Shown here piece by piece: positions 54,604 to 64,000 of a DNA stretch of 64,000 nucleotides. The notes beneath the pieces are model-generated. The model did not search any database. It saw only the letters and a list, made by a program, of their open reading frames with translations, and was not told where the DNA came from. Numbering within the stretch: the stretch's first letter is position 1; every line of letters begins with the position of its first letter. Origin of the DNA: Bacillota bacterium (GTDB taxonomy: Bacteria > Bacillota > Clostridia > Acetivibrionales > DSM-1351); contig JAEWSZ010000009.1 of the NCBI GenBank assembly GCA_023397905.1, positions 10,048 through 74,047 of the forward strand, read 5' to 3'. The position numbers and the translations under genes were made by a program.

Positions 54604-56877
54604 ATGTCAGGTCTTAGCAATGCAACAACTTTTGAGACAATCGGAATCTGGTGTGTACTCATCATTGCTTTCCTGGGTCTGGGTTACGCTTTGATGCTTC
54701 GCAGGCAAGTCATGAAATACGACAAAGGTTCCGAAAAAATGCAGGAAGTCTGGAGTTCCATTAAAGGAGGCGCGGATGCATATTTACGCCGCCAGTTAAA
54801 ATCAATTCTTCCACTAATCGCAGTACTCACTGTGCTTCTGTTTTTCTCAGTCTACATTGTTCCTCCAAGCGAAGAGGCAATGAAAAGATTTTCAAGTTTA
54901 AGTGAAGGTAACGTTAAAATAGTTATTGGATTTGCAAGAGCAATCGCCTTCGTAATGGGCGCAATATTTTCTCTGCTGGTAGGCCAGTTCGGGATGAGGA
55001 TGGCGGTGGAAGGCAATGTCCGCGTAGCCTCCGCCTCCAGGAGAAGCTTCGGTGAAGCGCTGAAAATCGCTTACAGGACAGGCACCATTACAGGCATGCT
55101 CACCGACGGTCTGGGGCTGCTGGGCGGAACAGCCATATTCATCATACTGGGTATAGCCGCCCCTGACGCCCTGCTGGGCTTTGGCTTCGGAGGAACCTTG
55201 CTGGCTCTGTTCATGAGGGTGGGCGGAGGTATCTACACCAAGGCCGCCGATGTAGGCGCCGATCTTGTAGGCAAGGTTGAAGCCGGAATTCCCGAGGATG
55301 ACCCGAGAAACGCCGCGGTCATAGCCGATCTGGTTGGCGACAATGTTGGCGACTGCGCCGGAATGGCAGCCGATATATTTGAGTCCTATGAGGTTACAAT
55401 AGTCTCGGGATTAATACTGGGCCTGTCATTATATGCGGTCACCAATGATCTTAAGTGGATAATATTCCCGCTCCTTGTAAGAGGTATTGGGGTCCTGTCG
55501 TCAATAATAGGAACTTATCTGGTCAAGGGCTCTAAAAACAGCAATGCCCTCAATTCCATAAACCGTGGATTCTACACCTCCGCCGCAATCAGCCTGGCTG
55601 CCTTTGGCCTGCTGGCCGCCCTTTATATGAAGGAATGGAGAGCATTTCTCTCAGTAGGCGTCGGCATATTGCTGGCTGTTGCACTGGATGAGGTAACCAA
55701 GCACTTTACCGATACTTCCCACAGGCCTGTCAAAGACATAGCCGCTTCCTCCAGAACAGGCTCCGCAACACTCATACTCCGCGGGCTTGCAGAAGGTTTT
55801 GAAAGCGCGGTGTGGCAGACCATTGTAATTGCGGTAACAATTATGAGCTCAATTCTGATCTACTGGGGACAGGACGTTCACTTTGTCCTTTACGGAGTTG
55901 CCATGACCGGTATAGGTATGCTCACTCTTACAGGCAACAATGTGGCTATGGATTCCTTCGGTCCAATTGCCGATAACGCCAACGGAATCGGTGAATTATC
56001 CGGCCTTGACAAGGAATCCAGAAAAGTCATGGATATCCTGGACGCAACCGGAAACACCACCAAAGCCATTACCAAGGGGGTTGCCATAGGTTCGGCAGTA
56101 ATAGCAGCCGTATCGCTGTTCGGTTCCTTCCTCACGGACGTTTCAAAGATTCAGATCGGCATGGGCACCGAAACCACGATTTTCGACACGGGAATAAGAG
56201 TGTCCAACCCCACTGTTTTTATAGGAATGTTGATCGGAGCATGTATTCCCTGGCTCTTCTCTTCCCTGATCATCAATTCTGTCACAAGGGCCGCCTCATT
56301 AATTGTTAATGAGGTCAGAAGACAGTTCAAGATACCGGGCCTGCTCCAGGGAAAGGTTAAGCCCGACTATCAGAAAGCCGTTGATATATGCACCGTGGCA
56401 GCCCAGAGAGAATTGCTGGGGCTTGCTATCATAGCGGTCGTCTCCCCGTTGATCGTAGGCATACTTTTGGGTGTCGAAGCCCTTGGGGGTTTCCTGGCCG
56501 GTGTCATAATTTCAGGGCAGCTCCTGGCGGTTTTCATGGCAAACTCGGGAGGCGCCTGGGATAATGCCAAGAAAACTATTGAAGACGGCGCTCACGGAGG
56601 AAAGGGCTCTGAAAGCCACAAAGCTGCGGTCGTCGGCGATACCGTAGGCGATCCTTTAAAGGATACCGCCGGTCCCGCCCTCAATCCAATGATAAAGGTT
56701 ATCAATCTGGTTTCCCTGCTGGCGGCGCCCATCCTTATCCAGTACAAGAGTACCGACGTAGGTATGATCATCGCCCTGGCAGTTTGCGCAGTATTGATGA
56801 TAGGCGCAATTGTGTACTCAAAGAAAGGCGGCTTCAGGAAGTCCCGGGCTCAAGAAAGCGAAGACATTGCCGCGTAG
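54604..56877 (+). CDS. hppA: Membrane-bound pyrophosphatase, K+-independent H+-pumping type
   Basis: [50 protein letters not shown] (Lys/Thr signature), [11 protein letters not shown]. Start moved to the ATG at 54604. Confidence 0.95.
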   Translation: MSGLSNATTFETIGIWCVLIIAFLGLGYALMLRRQVMKYDKGSEKMQEVWSSIKGGADAYLRRQLKSILPLIAVLTVLLFFSVYIVPPSEEAMKRFSSLSEGNVKIVIGFARAIAFVMGAIFSLLVGQFGMRMAVEGNVRVASASRRSFGEALKIAYRTGTITGMLTDGLGLLGGTAIFIILGIAAPDALLGFGFGGTLLALFMRVGGGIYTKAADVGADLVGKVEAGIPEDDPRNAAVIADLVGDNVGDCAGMAADIFESYEVTIVSGLILGLSLYAVTNDLKWIIFPLLVRGIGVLSSIIGTYLVKGSKNSNALNSINRGFYTSAAISLAAFGLLAALYMKEWRAFLSVGVGILLAVALDEVTKHFTDTSHRPVKDIAASSRTGSATLILRGLAEGFESAVWQTIVIAVTIMSSILIYWGQDVHFVLYGVAMTGIGMLTLTGNNVAMDSFGPIADNANGIGELSGLDKESRKVMDILDATGNTTKAITKGVAIGSAVIAAVSLFGSFLTDVSKIQIGMGTETTIFDTGIRVSNPTVFIGMLIGACIPWLFSSLIINSVTRAASLIVNEVRRQFKIPGLLQGKVKPDYQKAVDICTVAAQRELLGLAIIAVVSPLIVGILLGVEALGGFLAGVIISGQLLAVFMANSGGAWDNAKKTIEDGAHGGKGSESHKAAVVGDTVGDPLKDTAGPALNPMIKVINLVSLLAAPILIQYKSTDVGMIIALAVCAVLMIGAIVYSKKGGFRKSRAQESEDIAA

Positions 56878-56914
56878 CGGACGGCTTCCTTTTAAATGAA
56901 GTTATTGAAATAGT

Positions 56915-56998
56915 AATTCAATATATGTGAAAATAGTTTTTTATATAGGTCCTCGCGGACCAATATGGAATGACTTTTTCACATATATTGAATTTTTT
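56915..56998 (+). terminator. Long hairpin / terminator after hppA
   Basis: Perfect 19-bp outer IR AATTCAATATATGTGAAAA/TTTTCACATATATTGAATT, about 38-bp total stem, followed by a T tract. Confidence 0.65.
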
Positions 56999-57137
56999 AT
57001 TTTCTGACAACTCCATTTTGTCTTATCCCTTCGTATAATTATGTGCATTTGTACTAAACTAATAACTGAAGTATGTAAAAAGGCGCACAATGGGTTACCT
57101 GTGTAATTCATTGGCTTGTTGCGGAAAGGGGATATTT

Positions 57138-57326
57138 ATGAGAAACAGGCACAGGGACGACCGCTATATCGCTTCTAAAATAAACAGTATCTTAAACAGC
57201 ATACCCACCAATCCATTTATAGGCTTCAGCAATTCAACAAGACCTTTCTGGCCTGACATGGAGGATTGGGACGAACAGGATTACAACCTTGAGGACCCGG
57301 AGGACGGCAGAAAAACCAAGGATTAG
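57138..57326 (+). CDS. Small hypothetical protein with acidic tail (62 aa)
   Basis: AAAGGGG RBS before the ATG at 57138 (track start 57090); C-terminus WPDMEDWDEQDYNLEDPED. Confidence 0.55.
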   Translation: MRNRHRDDRYIASKINSILNSIPTNPFIGFSNSTRPFWPDMEDWDEQDYNLEDPEDGRKTKD

Positions 57327-57464
57327 AAATACCTGCTTTTAAATTCTGCTTTCTGAGTACCGGATTCTATGGTATAATCATACAGACGAAGCACAAAATA
57401 AGTTGCAATATTTTGCAGCTTATTTTTTCACTGTTTTCATTAATAAATTAGGAGTTCTGAATTA

Positions 57465-59219
57465 ATGCCATTTGACGGGATTGTTACCAAGTGTGTTGTA
57501 AATGAATTAAATCTGCTGCTCTCCGGCGGAAGGGTCGAAAAGGTTTTCCAGCCGGAAGCCGACGAAATTGTTTTGCTTGTCCGCTCAAAGGGCCGGAATC
57601 ACAGGCTTGTAGCCAGTGCAAGCGCAAACTATCCCCGGCTTCATATAACCGCGGCCCAGAAAGAAAACCCACAGACGCCGCCTGTTTTCTGCATGCTCAT
57701 GAGAAACCATCTTTCAGGCGGAAAGCTGTTGGATATAAAATTTCACGACTACGAAAGAGTAGTCACTATAAATATCGAATCTGTCAATGAGCTCGGAGAC
57801 CTTTCCGTAAAAAAGCTGGTAGTGGAAATAATGGGCAAACACAGCAACATTATTCTGCTTAACAGCGAGGACAAAATCATCGACTCAGTAAAGCATATTG
57901 ACAGCGATATCAGCAGCGTGAGGGAGGTCATGCCTGCACGCCTCTACTCCCCGCCTCCCGCCCAGGACAAAGTTCCGCCTGAGGCAGTGGCGCCGGATCA
58001 GATTTTTGACCGGGCAGGCGCCTCAGAGGCAAAACACATAGAAGGCTTGCTGCTGGATCTGATAAAAGGCTTCAGCCCATACACCTGCAGAGAGATCTGC
58101 GCCGCTGCCGACGTGCCGCCCAAAACCGCCGTCACCAGTTTGAGCTCCGCAGACAGGCAGAATATTATCTCAAACCTGGACAGCTATTTAAAGAAAATAA
58201 TAAGCGCTTCCTTTGAGCCCTGCATAGTTTATGAGGATGCAAATTATTTACGGCCGTTGGATTTCTATTGCTTTTCTCCCCTTCGGCCCCTTAACTCAAA
58301 AAAATACGAGCTCCTGTCGGCGGCCCTTGACGATTTCTATTCACTGCGGGATACCAATGAACGCCTGGCTCAGAAAATGGGCGATGTGGTAAAAGTAGTT
58401 AAAAACGGCATAGACCGCTGTGAAAAAAAGATCGCCATGTTTGACGACAAACTGAGAGAGGTCTCAGACAGGGAAACGCTCAGGCTTTACGGGGAGCTGA
58501 TAACCGCAAATATCTACTGTATCCCCGCCGGCAGCAAATCCGCCAGGGTTCTGAATTATTACAGTGAGAACGAAGAGTATATAGATATTCCTCTGGATGA
58601 ATATAAACCTGCCCAGGACAATGCCCAGAAGTATTACAGGCAGTATTCGAAAGCCAAGAGTACATATTTCAATGTCACCCAACAGCTGGAGGATGCCCAT
58701 TCCGAGCTCAAATATCTGCGAAGCGTCCAAACCATGCTTGACAATTGCGGCACCAGGCAGGAAATAGATGAAATAAGGCAGGAACTGATTGAGCAGGGAT
58801 ATATAAGGATGTCTTCCCGGAACGCCAGAAAAAAACAGGATAAGCCCACGGCTCCCCTGTCATTTGTTTCTTGCGACGGTTTTGAAATACTGGTGGGCAA
58901 AAATAACCGGCAAAATGATCAACTGACACTAAAGCTTGCGGCCTCCTATGATTTATGGCTTCATACCAGAAATATTCCAGGCTCCCATGTTATAATAAGA
59001 ACGGAGCGGCAGGAGGTGCCCGACTCCACTCTGCTTGAAGCGGCTGTTTTAGCGGCCTTTTACAGCAGCGCTAAAATGTCTTACAACGTTCCGGTTGACT
59101 ACACCGCGGTCAAAAACGTTAAAAAGCCCAGCGGAGCCAAGCCCGGAATGGTCATATATGAGAGCTTTAAGACTATAAATGTCACACCTGACGAGGAAAA
59201 AGTGTTTAGAATTAAATAA
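57465..59219 (+). CDS. rqcH: Ribosome quality-control factor RqcH (Rqc2/NFACT, FbpA family)
   Basis: MPFDG, VEIMGKHSNIIL, NAQKYY, VGKNNRQND, WLHTRNIPGSHV, VDYT...KPGMVIY. Confidence 0.94.
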   Translation: MPFDGIVTKCVVNELNLLLSGGRVEKVFQPEADEIVLLVRSKGRNHRLVASASANYPRLHITAAQKENPQTPPVFCMLMRNHLSGGKLLDIKFHDYERVVTINIESVNELGDLSVKKLVVEIMGKHSNIILLNSEDKIIDSVKHIDSDISSVREVMPARLYSPPPAQDKVPPEAVAPDQIFDRAGASEAKHIEGLLLDLIKGFSPYTCREICAAADVPPKTAVTSLSSADRQNIISNLDSYLKKIISASFEPCIVYEDANYLRPLDFYCFSPLRPLNSKKYELLSAALDDFYSLRDTNERLAQKMGDVVKVVKNGIDRCEKKIAMFDDKLREVSDRETLRLYGELITANIYCIPAGSKSARVLNYYSENEEYIDIPLDEYKPAQDNAQKYYRQYSKAKSTYFNVTQQLEDAHSELKYLRSVQTMLDNCGTRQEIDEIRQELIEQGYIRMSSRNARKKQDKPTAPLSFVSCDGFEILVGKNNRQNDQLTLKLAASYDLWLHTRNIPGSHVIIRTERQEVPDSTLLEAAVLAAFYSSAKMSYNVPVDYTAVKNVKKPSGAKPGMVIYESFKTINVTPDEEKVFRIK

Positions 59220-59269
59220 ATTATATAAATTAAATTTTATTATTAAATAAAGAACAGGGGGACTTTTGC

Positions 59270-60448
59270 ATGATATCAAAAAAGATCAGCACAAATCTGG
59301 CCAATTCTTCCATGATCAGAGCCATGTTTGAAGAAGGCGAAAAACTGAGAAAAATTTATGGAGCGGACAAGGTCTATGACTTTTCTCTGGGAAATCCCGA
59401 CCCCGAGCCTCCGCTTGAGGTCAAGACCGCGCTCCGCCAGCTGGCGGCTTCCAATGAACCCAGGATGCACTCTTACATGAACAATGCGGGCTATCCGGAA
59501 GTCAGAGAGGTGATCGCAGGGAAAATAAACAGGGAGACCGGCCTTAACCTCACATTTAATAATGTCGTTATGACCGTGGGCGCCGGAGGAGCTTTAAATG
59601 TCGTCCTCAAGACCCTTCTGAATCCCGGCGAGGAAGTTATTGTCTTTGCTCCGTTTTTTGTGGAATACACTTCATATATCGACAACCACGGAGGAAAGAC
59701 CGTAGTGATCAATACCGACCTGAATACCTTTCTCCCCGACCCGGAGCTGTTGAGGGCCAGGATCACCCCCAACACAAAGGCCATTATCATCAATACCCCC
59801 AACAATCCTACGGGAGTTGTTTACGGCAAGGATGTCCTGGAAGCAATTGCAAAGGTTCTCGAGGAAAAAGGAAAGGAATACGGCAGCACAATATATATAA
59901 TCTCGGACGAACCTTACAGAAAACTGGCATATGATGTAGAAGTGCCCAACATTCTGACAATATACAAGAACGCGATTCTGATTGACTGCTTCAGCAAATC
60001 CCTTTCCTTGCCCGGAGAGCGTATGGGCTATATCGCAACCAATCCGGAAGCAGAGGATATTGAAACCCTTATGGGCGGTCTTATATACTGCAACAGAGTT
60101 CTCGGCTTTGTCAACGCGCCGGCGCTTTTCCAGAAAGTGGTTGCAAAATCCATTGATTCATCGGTGGACATAAACATATATAAAGAGAGAAGAGACCTGC
60201 TTTACAACAGCCTTGTGGAATTCGGCTACCAATGTGTAAAGCCAGACGGAGCCTTTTACCTGTTCCCCAAGGCCCTTATTCCCGATGATGTTGAATTCAA
60301 AAACAGAGCCGTCAAGTATAATCTGCTGGTTGTGCCGGGCTCAGGCTTTGGCTGTCCGGGATATTTCAGGCTTGCCTACTGTGTCAGCCTGGAGACCATA
60401 AAGAATTCCCTTCCCGCGTTTAAAGCGCTGGCAGAGGAATTTAAGTAA
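59270..60448 (+). CDS. PLP-dependent class I/II aminotransferase (aspartate aminotransferase-like)
   Basis: DFSLGNP, INTPNNPTG, SDEPY, FSKSLSLPGERMGY. Confidence 0.93.
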   Translation: MISKKISTNLANSSMIRAMFEEGEKLRKIYGADKVYDFSLGNPDPEPPLEVKTALRQLAASNEPRMHSYMNNAGYPEVREVIAGKINRETGLNLTFNNVVMTVGAGGALNVVLKTLLNPGEEVIVFAPFFVEYTSYIDNHGGKTVVINTDLNTFLPDPELLRARITPNTKAIIINTPNNPTGVVYGKDVLEAIAKVLEEKGKEYGSTIYIISDEPYRKLAYDVEVPNILTIYKNAILIDCFSKSLSLPGERMGYIATNPEAEDIETLMGGLIYCNRVLGFVNAPALFQKVVAKSIDSSVDINIYKERRDLLYNSLVEFGYQCVKPDGAFYLFPKALIPDDVEFKNRAVKYNLLVVPGSGFGCPGYFRLAYCVSLETIKNSLPAFKALAEEFK

Positions 60449-60525
60449 AAAAGCGGAGTGCTGCAAAATATTAAATTCAAGCAAAAGGCTATTGGATTTA
60501 CTTTATTTTGCAGCACTCCATTTTT
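60447..60525. terminator. Bidirectional terminator between the aminotransferase and cheX
   Basis: 16-bp IR GGAGTGCTGCAAAATA/TATTTTGCAGCACTCC with A and T tracts on both sides. Confidence 0.75.
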
Positions 60526-60553
60526 GTCCCGCCAAATCCAGAAGCTTGCCTGT

Positions 60554-61015
60554 TTATGCTTCTATGGCAACATTAATTGCAATTATTCCATATCCCTCAA
60601 CGGTAAGAGGTATTGCTATGGTTTGCTGTCTGTTTGATATTTCAATGTTTTCAGCGGATATCAGCGACGGCGGCGTAATATCAATCTGAACGTCTTTCTG
60701 CGCAAACAAAATGCCCGTATTCCCCATGATCATATTCCCCATCTCAGAAACCGCGCTTTTGCTGATATCATCCAGCTCAGCCACAGGCATGCCGCCCATC
60801 ATAGCCGAAGCTATCCCCTTTGCGGTCTCCTGGGATAATTCAAAACAAACCTGTCCCCGTATTTTTCCCACTACTCCAAAAACAATAATCAACTGACCTG
60901 CCTTGTATGGAGGTTCCTTTACATAAACCTTTCCCAATTGGATATCCGCATTGCATAGGGTTTTTAGAACAGATTGTGCCGCTTGTATAAATGGATTGAT
61001 ATTTTCTACATTCAT
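60554..61015 (-). CDS. cheX: Chemotaxis phosphatase CheX
   Basis: MNVENINPF, SAVSEMGNMIMG (ExxN), DITPP. True start is the ATG at 61015; the track extension overlaps a separate ORF. Confidence 0.9.
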   Translation of the reverse strand: MNVENINPFIQAAQSVLKTLCNADIQLGKVYVKEPPYKAGQLIIVFGVVGKIRGQVCFELSQETAKGIASAMMGGMPVAELDDISKSAVSEMGNMIMGNTGILFAQKDVQIDITPPSLISAENIEISNRQQTIAIPLTVEGYGIIAINVAIEA

Positions 61016-61031
61016 TCCCGTTCCTCGCTTC

Positions 61032-61190
61032 TTATTTTGTGTCTGTGGCAAATTCATAAAGCCTGATATATTCCATGCAGTCGATTTCCCCTTTTCCGTA
61101 GGCTTCCGCAATTTCGCCGAAGAAATCATACATATTAATTCCGCAGCCCGTCTCAATTTTCCATTTGAATTCAGTAAATTTATTTAACAT
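61032..61190 (-). CDS. Hypothetical 52-aa protein upstream of cheX (below the ORF-track cut-off)
   Basis: GGAG RBS 6 nt before the ATG; MLNKFTEFKWKIETGCGINMYDFFGEIAEAYGKGEIDCMEYIRLYEFATDTK; stops 16 nt before cheX. Confidence 0.6.
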   Translation of the reverse strand: MLNKFTEFKWKIETGCGINMYDFFGEIAEAYGKGEIDCMEYIRLYEFATDTK

Positions 61191-61286
61191 CGCATTCTCC
61201 ACTATTTCTATAACCGCTTTGCATATCTGCCTCTGCCGCGGTTATCCTGTCTGCGTAACAATATAAGGTTTTCGCAGGATACCCTT

Positions 61287-61658
61287 TTACACCTGCTGTA
61301 ATACATCCGCGGCAACCTTTCTCAGCTCTACCAGATGTTCCTTTGCCACATAAGCCGAACATCCGCCTTCAAACGCTTTATCTATGTCCTTCTGGGCAAT
61401 GTCCTCCGAAACAATTATAAAAGGTATATCCACACCTGACAGATTTCGGATCTCAAGCGCTTTGAGGGCGCTGAAATTCGGCATTGAATTATCGCTGATA
61501 ATCAAATCCCACCGGTCTTCCTTCAGAGCGTCCCGCATGGATTGTCCGCTTGAAACCATATGATGGCGGACCGTGAAGCCCGCCTTTCTCAGTTCTCTGA
61601 TATTCAGATCCGCCGAATAAAACGAGTCTTCTACAATAAGTACAGATATTTCAGTCAT
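61287..61658 (-). CDS. Single-domain response regulator
   Basis: VLIVEDS, IISDNSMP, IIVS, YVAK. Confidence 0.88.
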   Translation of the reverse strand: MTEISVLIVEDSFYSADLNIRELRKAGFTVRHHMVSSGQSMRDALKEDRWDLIISDNSMPNFSALKALEIRNLSGVDIPFIIVSEDIAQKDIDKAFEGGCSAYVAKEHLVELRKVAADVLQQV

Positions 61659-61732
61659 TTAAACCACCTTTTAGTCCTATAACTGCAATGCAGTAAAATT
61701 TATTATGAACATATGATGCAAACAATCACATG

Positions 61733-63727
61733 TCATATCTTGAACTTTTCAATTTCAGTGTTCAAAGTGTGGGCCATATTGTCCAGCTGTTCCGCAGTCC
61801 TTGCCACTTCTTCCATACCTGCCAGCTGTTCCTGGGCGGAAGCCGACACCTGCTGGGTAGAGGCCGAGGTCTGCTGGGCTGAAGCGGATATATTCTCCAT
61901 GACAGCCAGAATATCATTTTTGCCCGCATCCATCTGCTGATTCAGTTCCGTAATCCGGCCGGCCTCCTCCATCAATTCCAGGATCATCGCCGAAATGTCG
62001 TTGAATATGGTCTGGGTTGAAGATACCGCAGCGCTGTTGGCCTCTGAAACAGGTTTGATCTGTTCCATGATGAGGACTGCATTCCGGGACTTATTCTGGA
62101 TTTCCTCAATGAGCTTTTTTATATTTTGTGCCGCGCCGGAGGATTGCTCCGCCAGCTTTCTTATTTCCTCCGCCACAACGGAAAAACCTTTTCCCTGCTC
62201 CCCGGCCCTGGCGGCTTCTATAGAAGCGTTCAGCGCCAGAAGGTTGGTCTGATCGGCTATACTGGTGATTGTTCCAAGTATGGTCCCTATCTCAGTGGAA
62301 CTCTGGTCCACTTCACCGATGACTTCCGCCACCTGGACTGATGTCTCCCCGTTTTCCCGGGTCTTTTCCAGCAGCTCGTCCATAATGCCCAGACCGTCCT
62401 GACTCAGCTTGTTGGAGTGAGTCACCATATCCGAGATCTTCAAAATAGAATCGGATATGCTCTGCAGGCTCTGGGCCAGCTCGGCCGTTTTCACAAGGCC
62501 GTTTTCCGTGCTTTGCGCCTGATCTTCGGTAGCCCTGGCTATTTCGCCCACAGTCCTGGAGATCTCTTCCGTAGAGGCGGCCGTTTCTTCCGAGGAGGCC
62601 GCCAGTGAATCTGCAGAGGCGGACACGTCTGAGGCCGTTACCTTTATTTTCTTCATCAGGCCTCCCAGGTCATCCGCCATCTTATTCATATTATCCGCCA
62701 GCAGCCCTATTTCATCCCTGGTCCTGACCCGGCTCCTCACAGTTAAATCTCCGTTTCCTATTTCATGCATATCCCTGTTCAGGACTTTAATGGAACGCAG
62801 CATAGGTCTTGATACAAATATACCCAGAAGTACGGCCAGAGTAACAATAATAAATCCGCTTATGCTTGTGTTTATTAATATGCTCCCGGTTTTATCGGAT
62901 ATTTCCTTGTACTCGAAAGCACCCAGCACTTTCCAGCCTGTTCTGTCCACAGTTGAAAAATAAGCGCATTTCTTGCTGTTGTTATAGACATAATCCATAC
63001 TGCCCTTTTCAGAGGCCTTTACCGCCTTTAACAGTTCCGGCACCGGCAGGTCCTTTCCCAGAAGATTTTTGTCCGGATGGGCGATGGTTACTCCTTTGTT
63101 GCTCAATAAAATAATATAGCCTCCGCTTCCGATTTTTGACCTGCCGATAAACTGGGCCAGCTGTTCCAGAGATATGTCCGCCCCCAGGACCCCGGTAAGC
63201 TCATTGCCGCTGTTGTAAAGGGGAACGGCCACAGTTACCACAAGCATTCCGGTGCCCGCATCTATATAGGGATCGCACCAGGCCGCTTTGTTCTGTTCCA
63301 TGGCAGCCTGATACCACGGCCTCGTACTCGGATCAAATCCCTCCGGCAGCTCCTGCTGGGGATATATGTACATCTGCTTGTCCCTGCTTCCGATGTATAC
63401 ATTCAGAATATCCTTGTGCCCCTCCTTAAACCCTTTCAGCTCATCAAGCACCAGTGCCATCTCATTTGGGTCCTCCGGCGAAAAATTGCCTATACCGGTA
63501 TTTTTCGAAAGTACAGTGATATTTTCTTCCTGCATCTCCAAAAAGGTATTCAGATTATCCTGTATGGCCGAAATGGTCTCTCCGGCGGCATTTCTTATCT
63601 CCCCCTCCGTAACCCTGCTGGCAGTCATAAAGCTCAGGACTCCCAGTGATATGGTGGACAGCAGTATCAGTACAACCAGCATTATAATAAGCTTTTTGCC
63701 GATTGAAAAAATTCTTTTTTGTTTCAT
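61733..63727 (-). CDS. Methyl-accepting chemotaxis protein (dCache, HAMP, MA)
   Basis: FDPSTRPWY...PYIDAGTG...ADI (dCache_1); [27 protein letters not shown]. Confidence 0.96.
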   Translation of the reverse strand: MKQKRIFSIGKKLIIMLVVLILLSTISLGVLSFMTASRVTEGEIRNAAGETISAIQDNLNTFLEMQEENITVLSKNTGIGNFSPEDPNEMALVLDELKGFKEGHKDILNVYIGSRDKQMYIYPQQELPEGFDPSTRPWYQAAMEQNKAAWCDPYIDAGTGMLVVTVAVPLYNSGNELTGVLGADISLEQLAQFIGRSKIGSGGYIILLSNKGVTIAHPDKNLLGKDLPVPELLKAVKASEKGSMDYVYNNSKKCAYFSTVDRTGWKVLGAFEYKEISDKTGSILINTSISGFIIVTLAVLLGIFVSRPMLRSIKVLNRDMHEIGNGDLTVRSRVRTRDEIGLLADNMNKMADDLGGLMKKIKVTASDVSASADSLAASSEETAASTEEISRTVGEIARATEDQAQSTENGLVKTAELAQSLQSISDSILKISDMVTHSNKLSQDGLGIMDELLEKTRENGETSVQVAEVIGEVDQSSTEIGTILGTITSIADQTNLLALNASIEAARAGEQGKGFSVVAEEIRKLAEQSSGAAQNIKKLIEEIQNKSRNAVLIMEQIKPVSEANSAAVSSTQTIFNDISAMILELMEEAGRITELNQQMDAGKNDILAVMENISASAQQTSASTQQVSASAQEQLAGMEEVARTAEQLDNMAHTLNTEIEKFKI

Positions 63728-63811
63728 TTAGTATAAATCCTCCGTTGACTGTAGCGGTACTGTAATAAATTTTATTCCGGACGGCCCTTTTGCCACCTTA
63801 TATATTATACA

Positions 63812-64000
63812 TCACACATTGAATTTGGAAACCAGCTGCTGCAGCTGGCCGGCTTCTTTAGTATTCTCTTCCGACATATCGGCAACCTGTGCCGTCATAT
63901 TCATAATATCGGTAGTCTTGCCCGCTATATCCTCGACGCCCTTGGCCCCTTCATTTACCGTGACGGCAACTTCATTGATTGCGGCGGATATACTGGATAT
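63812..64000 (-). CDS. C-terminal end of another methyl-accepting chemotaxis protein (truncated by the window edge)
   Basis: Open frame ...ISSISAAINEVAVTVNEGAKGVEDIAGKTT...LQQLVSKFNV*, a typical MCP C-terminus. Confidence 0.8.
   Translation of the reverse strand: MSSISAAINEVAVTVNEGAKGVEDIAGKTTDIMNMTAQVADMSEENTKEAGQLQQLVSKFNV

Noticed and set aside
61016..61362. cheX N-terminal extension (to 61156) and ORF 61180-61362
   Set aside because: Better explained by the ATG at 61015 and the separate 52-aa ORF; the 60-aa ORF overlaps the receiver gene and lacks an RBS.
123..63731. Numerous plus-strand and nested ORFs in the track (e.g. 123-839, 23078-23773, 28879-29712, 32404-33102)
   Set aside because: Antisense or alternate-frame shadows of well-supported genes, with no RBS or recognisable motif.
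1..64000. CRISPR array, rRNA, tRNA, transposase, integrase or prophage genes
   Set aside because: No repeat-spacer periodicity, cloverleaf, rRNA signature or mobility-enzyme motif was seen by eye.

Overview
Chromosomal segment of a spore-forming, polysaccharide-using clostridium (Ruminiclostridium-like; inferred from gene content). Most genes lie on the minus strand. The housekeeping backbone is comEC-holA-recJ / apt-relA-dtd-MBL-hemZ / hisS-aspS / spoIIP-lepA. It is interrupted by two sugar-utilisation cassettes, each with a YesM/YesN-like two-component system, an ABC transporter and a cytoplasmic glycosidase. The first (18.5-28.9 kb, GH3) has genome-like composition. The second (34.5-46.4 kb, GH106-like enzyme plus an IlvD/Edd-family dehydratase) is visibly AT-rich. 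The right end carries an SH3-NlpC/P60 autolysin behind a c-di-AMP riboswitch, a K+-independent membrane pyrophosphatase, RqcH/NFACT, an aminotransferase and a chemotaxis cluster. Signals not in the ORF track include: an Asp-type T-box whose Stem I is about doubled by two structured insertions; two families of short inverted-repeat elements (6 copies or remnants, one supplying a kinase stop codon); a hidden Spo0E-like 51-aa ORF; a hidden 52-aa ORF upstream of cheX; and a six-unit, 11-bp-phased hexamer array over the autolysin promoter. No rRNA, tRNA, CRISPR array, transposase or integrase was seen. All calls are by eye; no searches were run.
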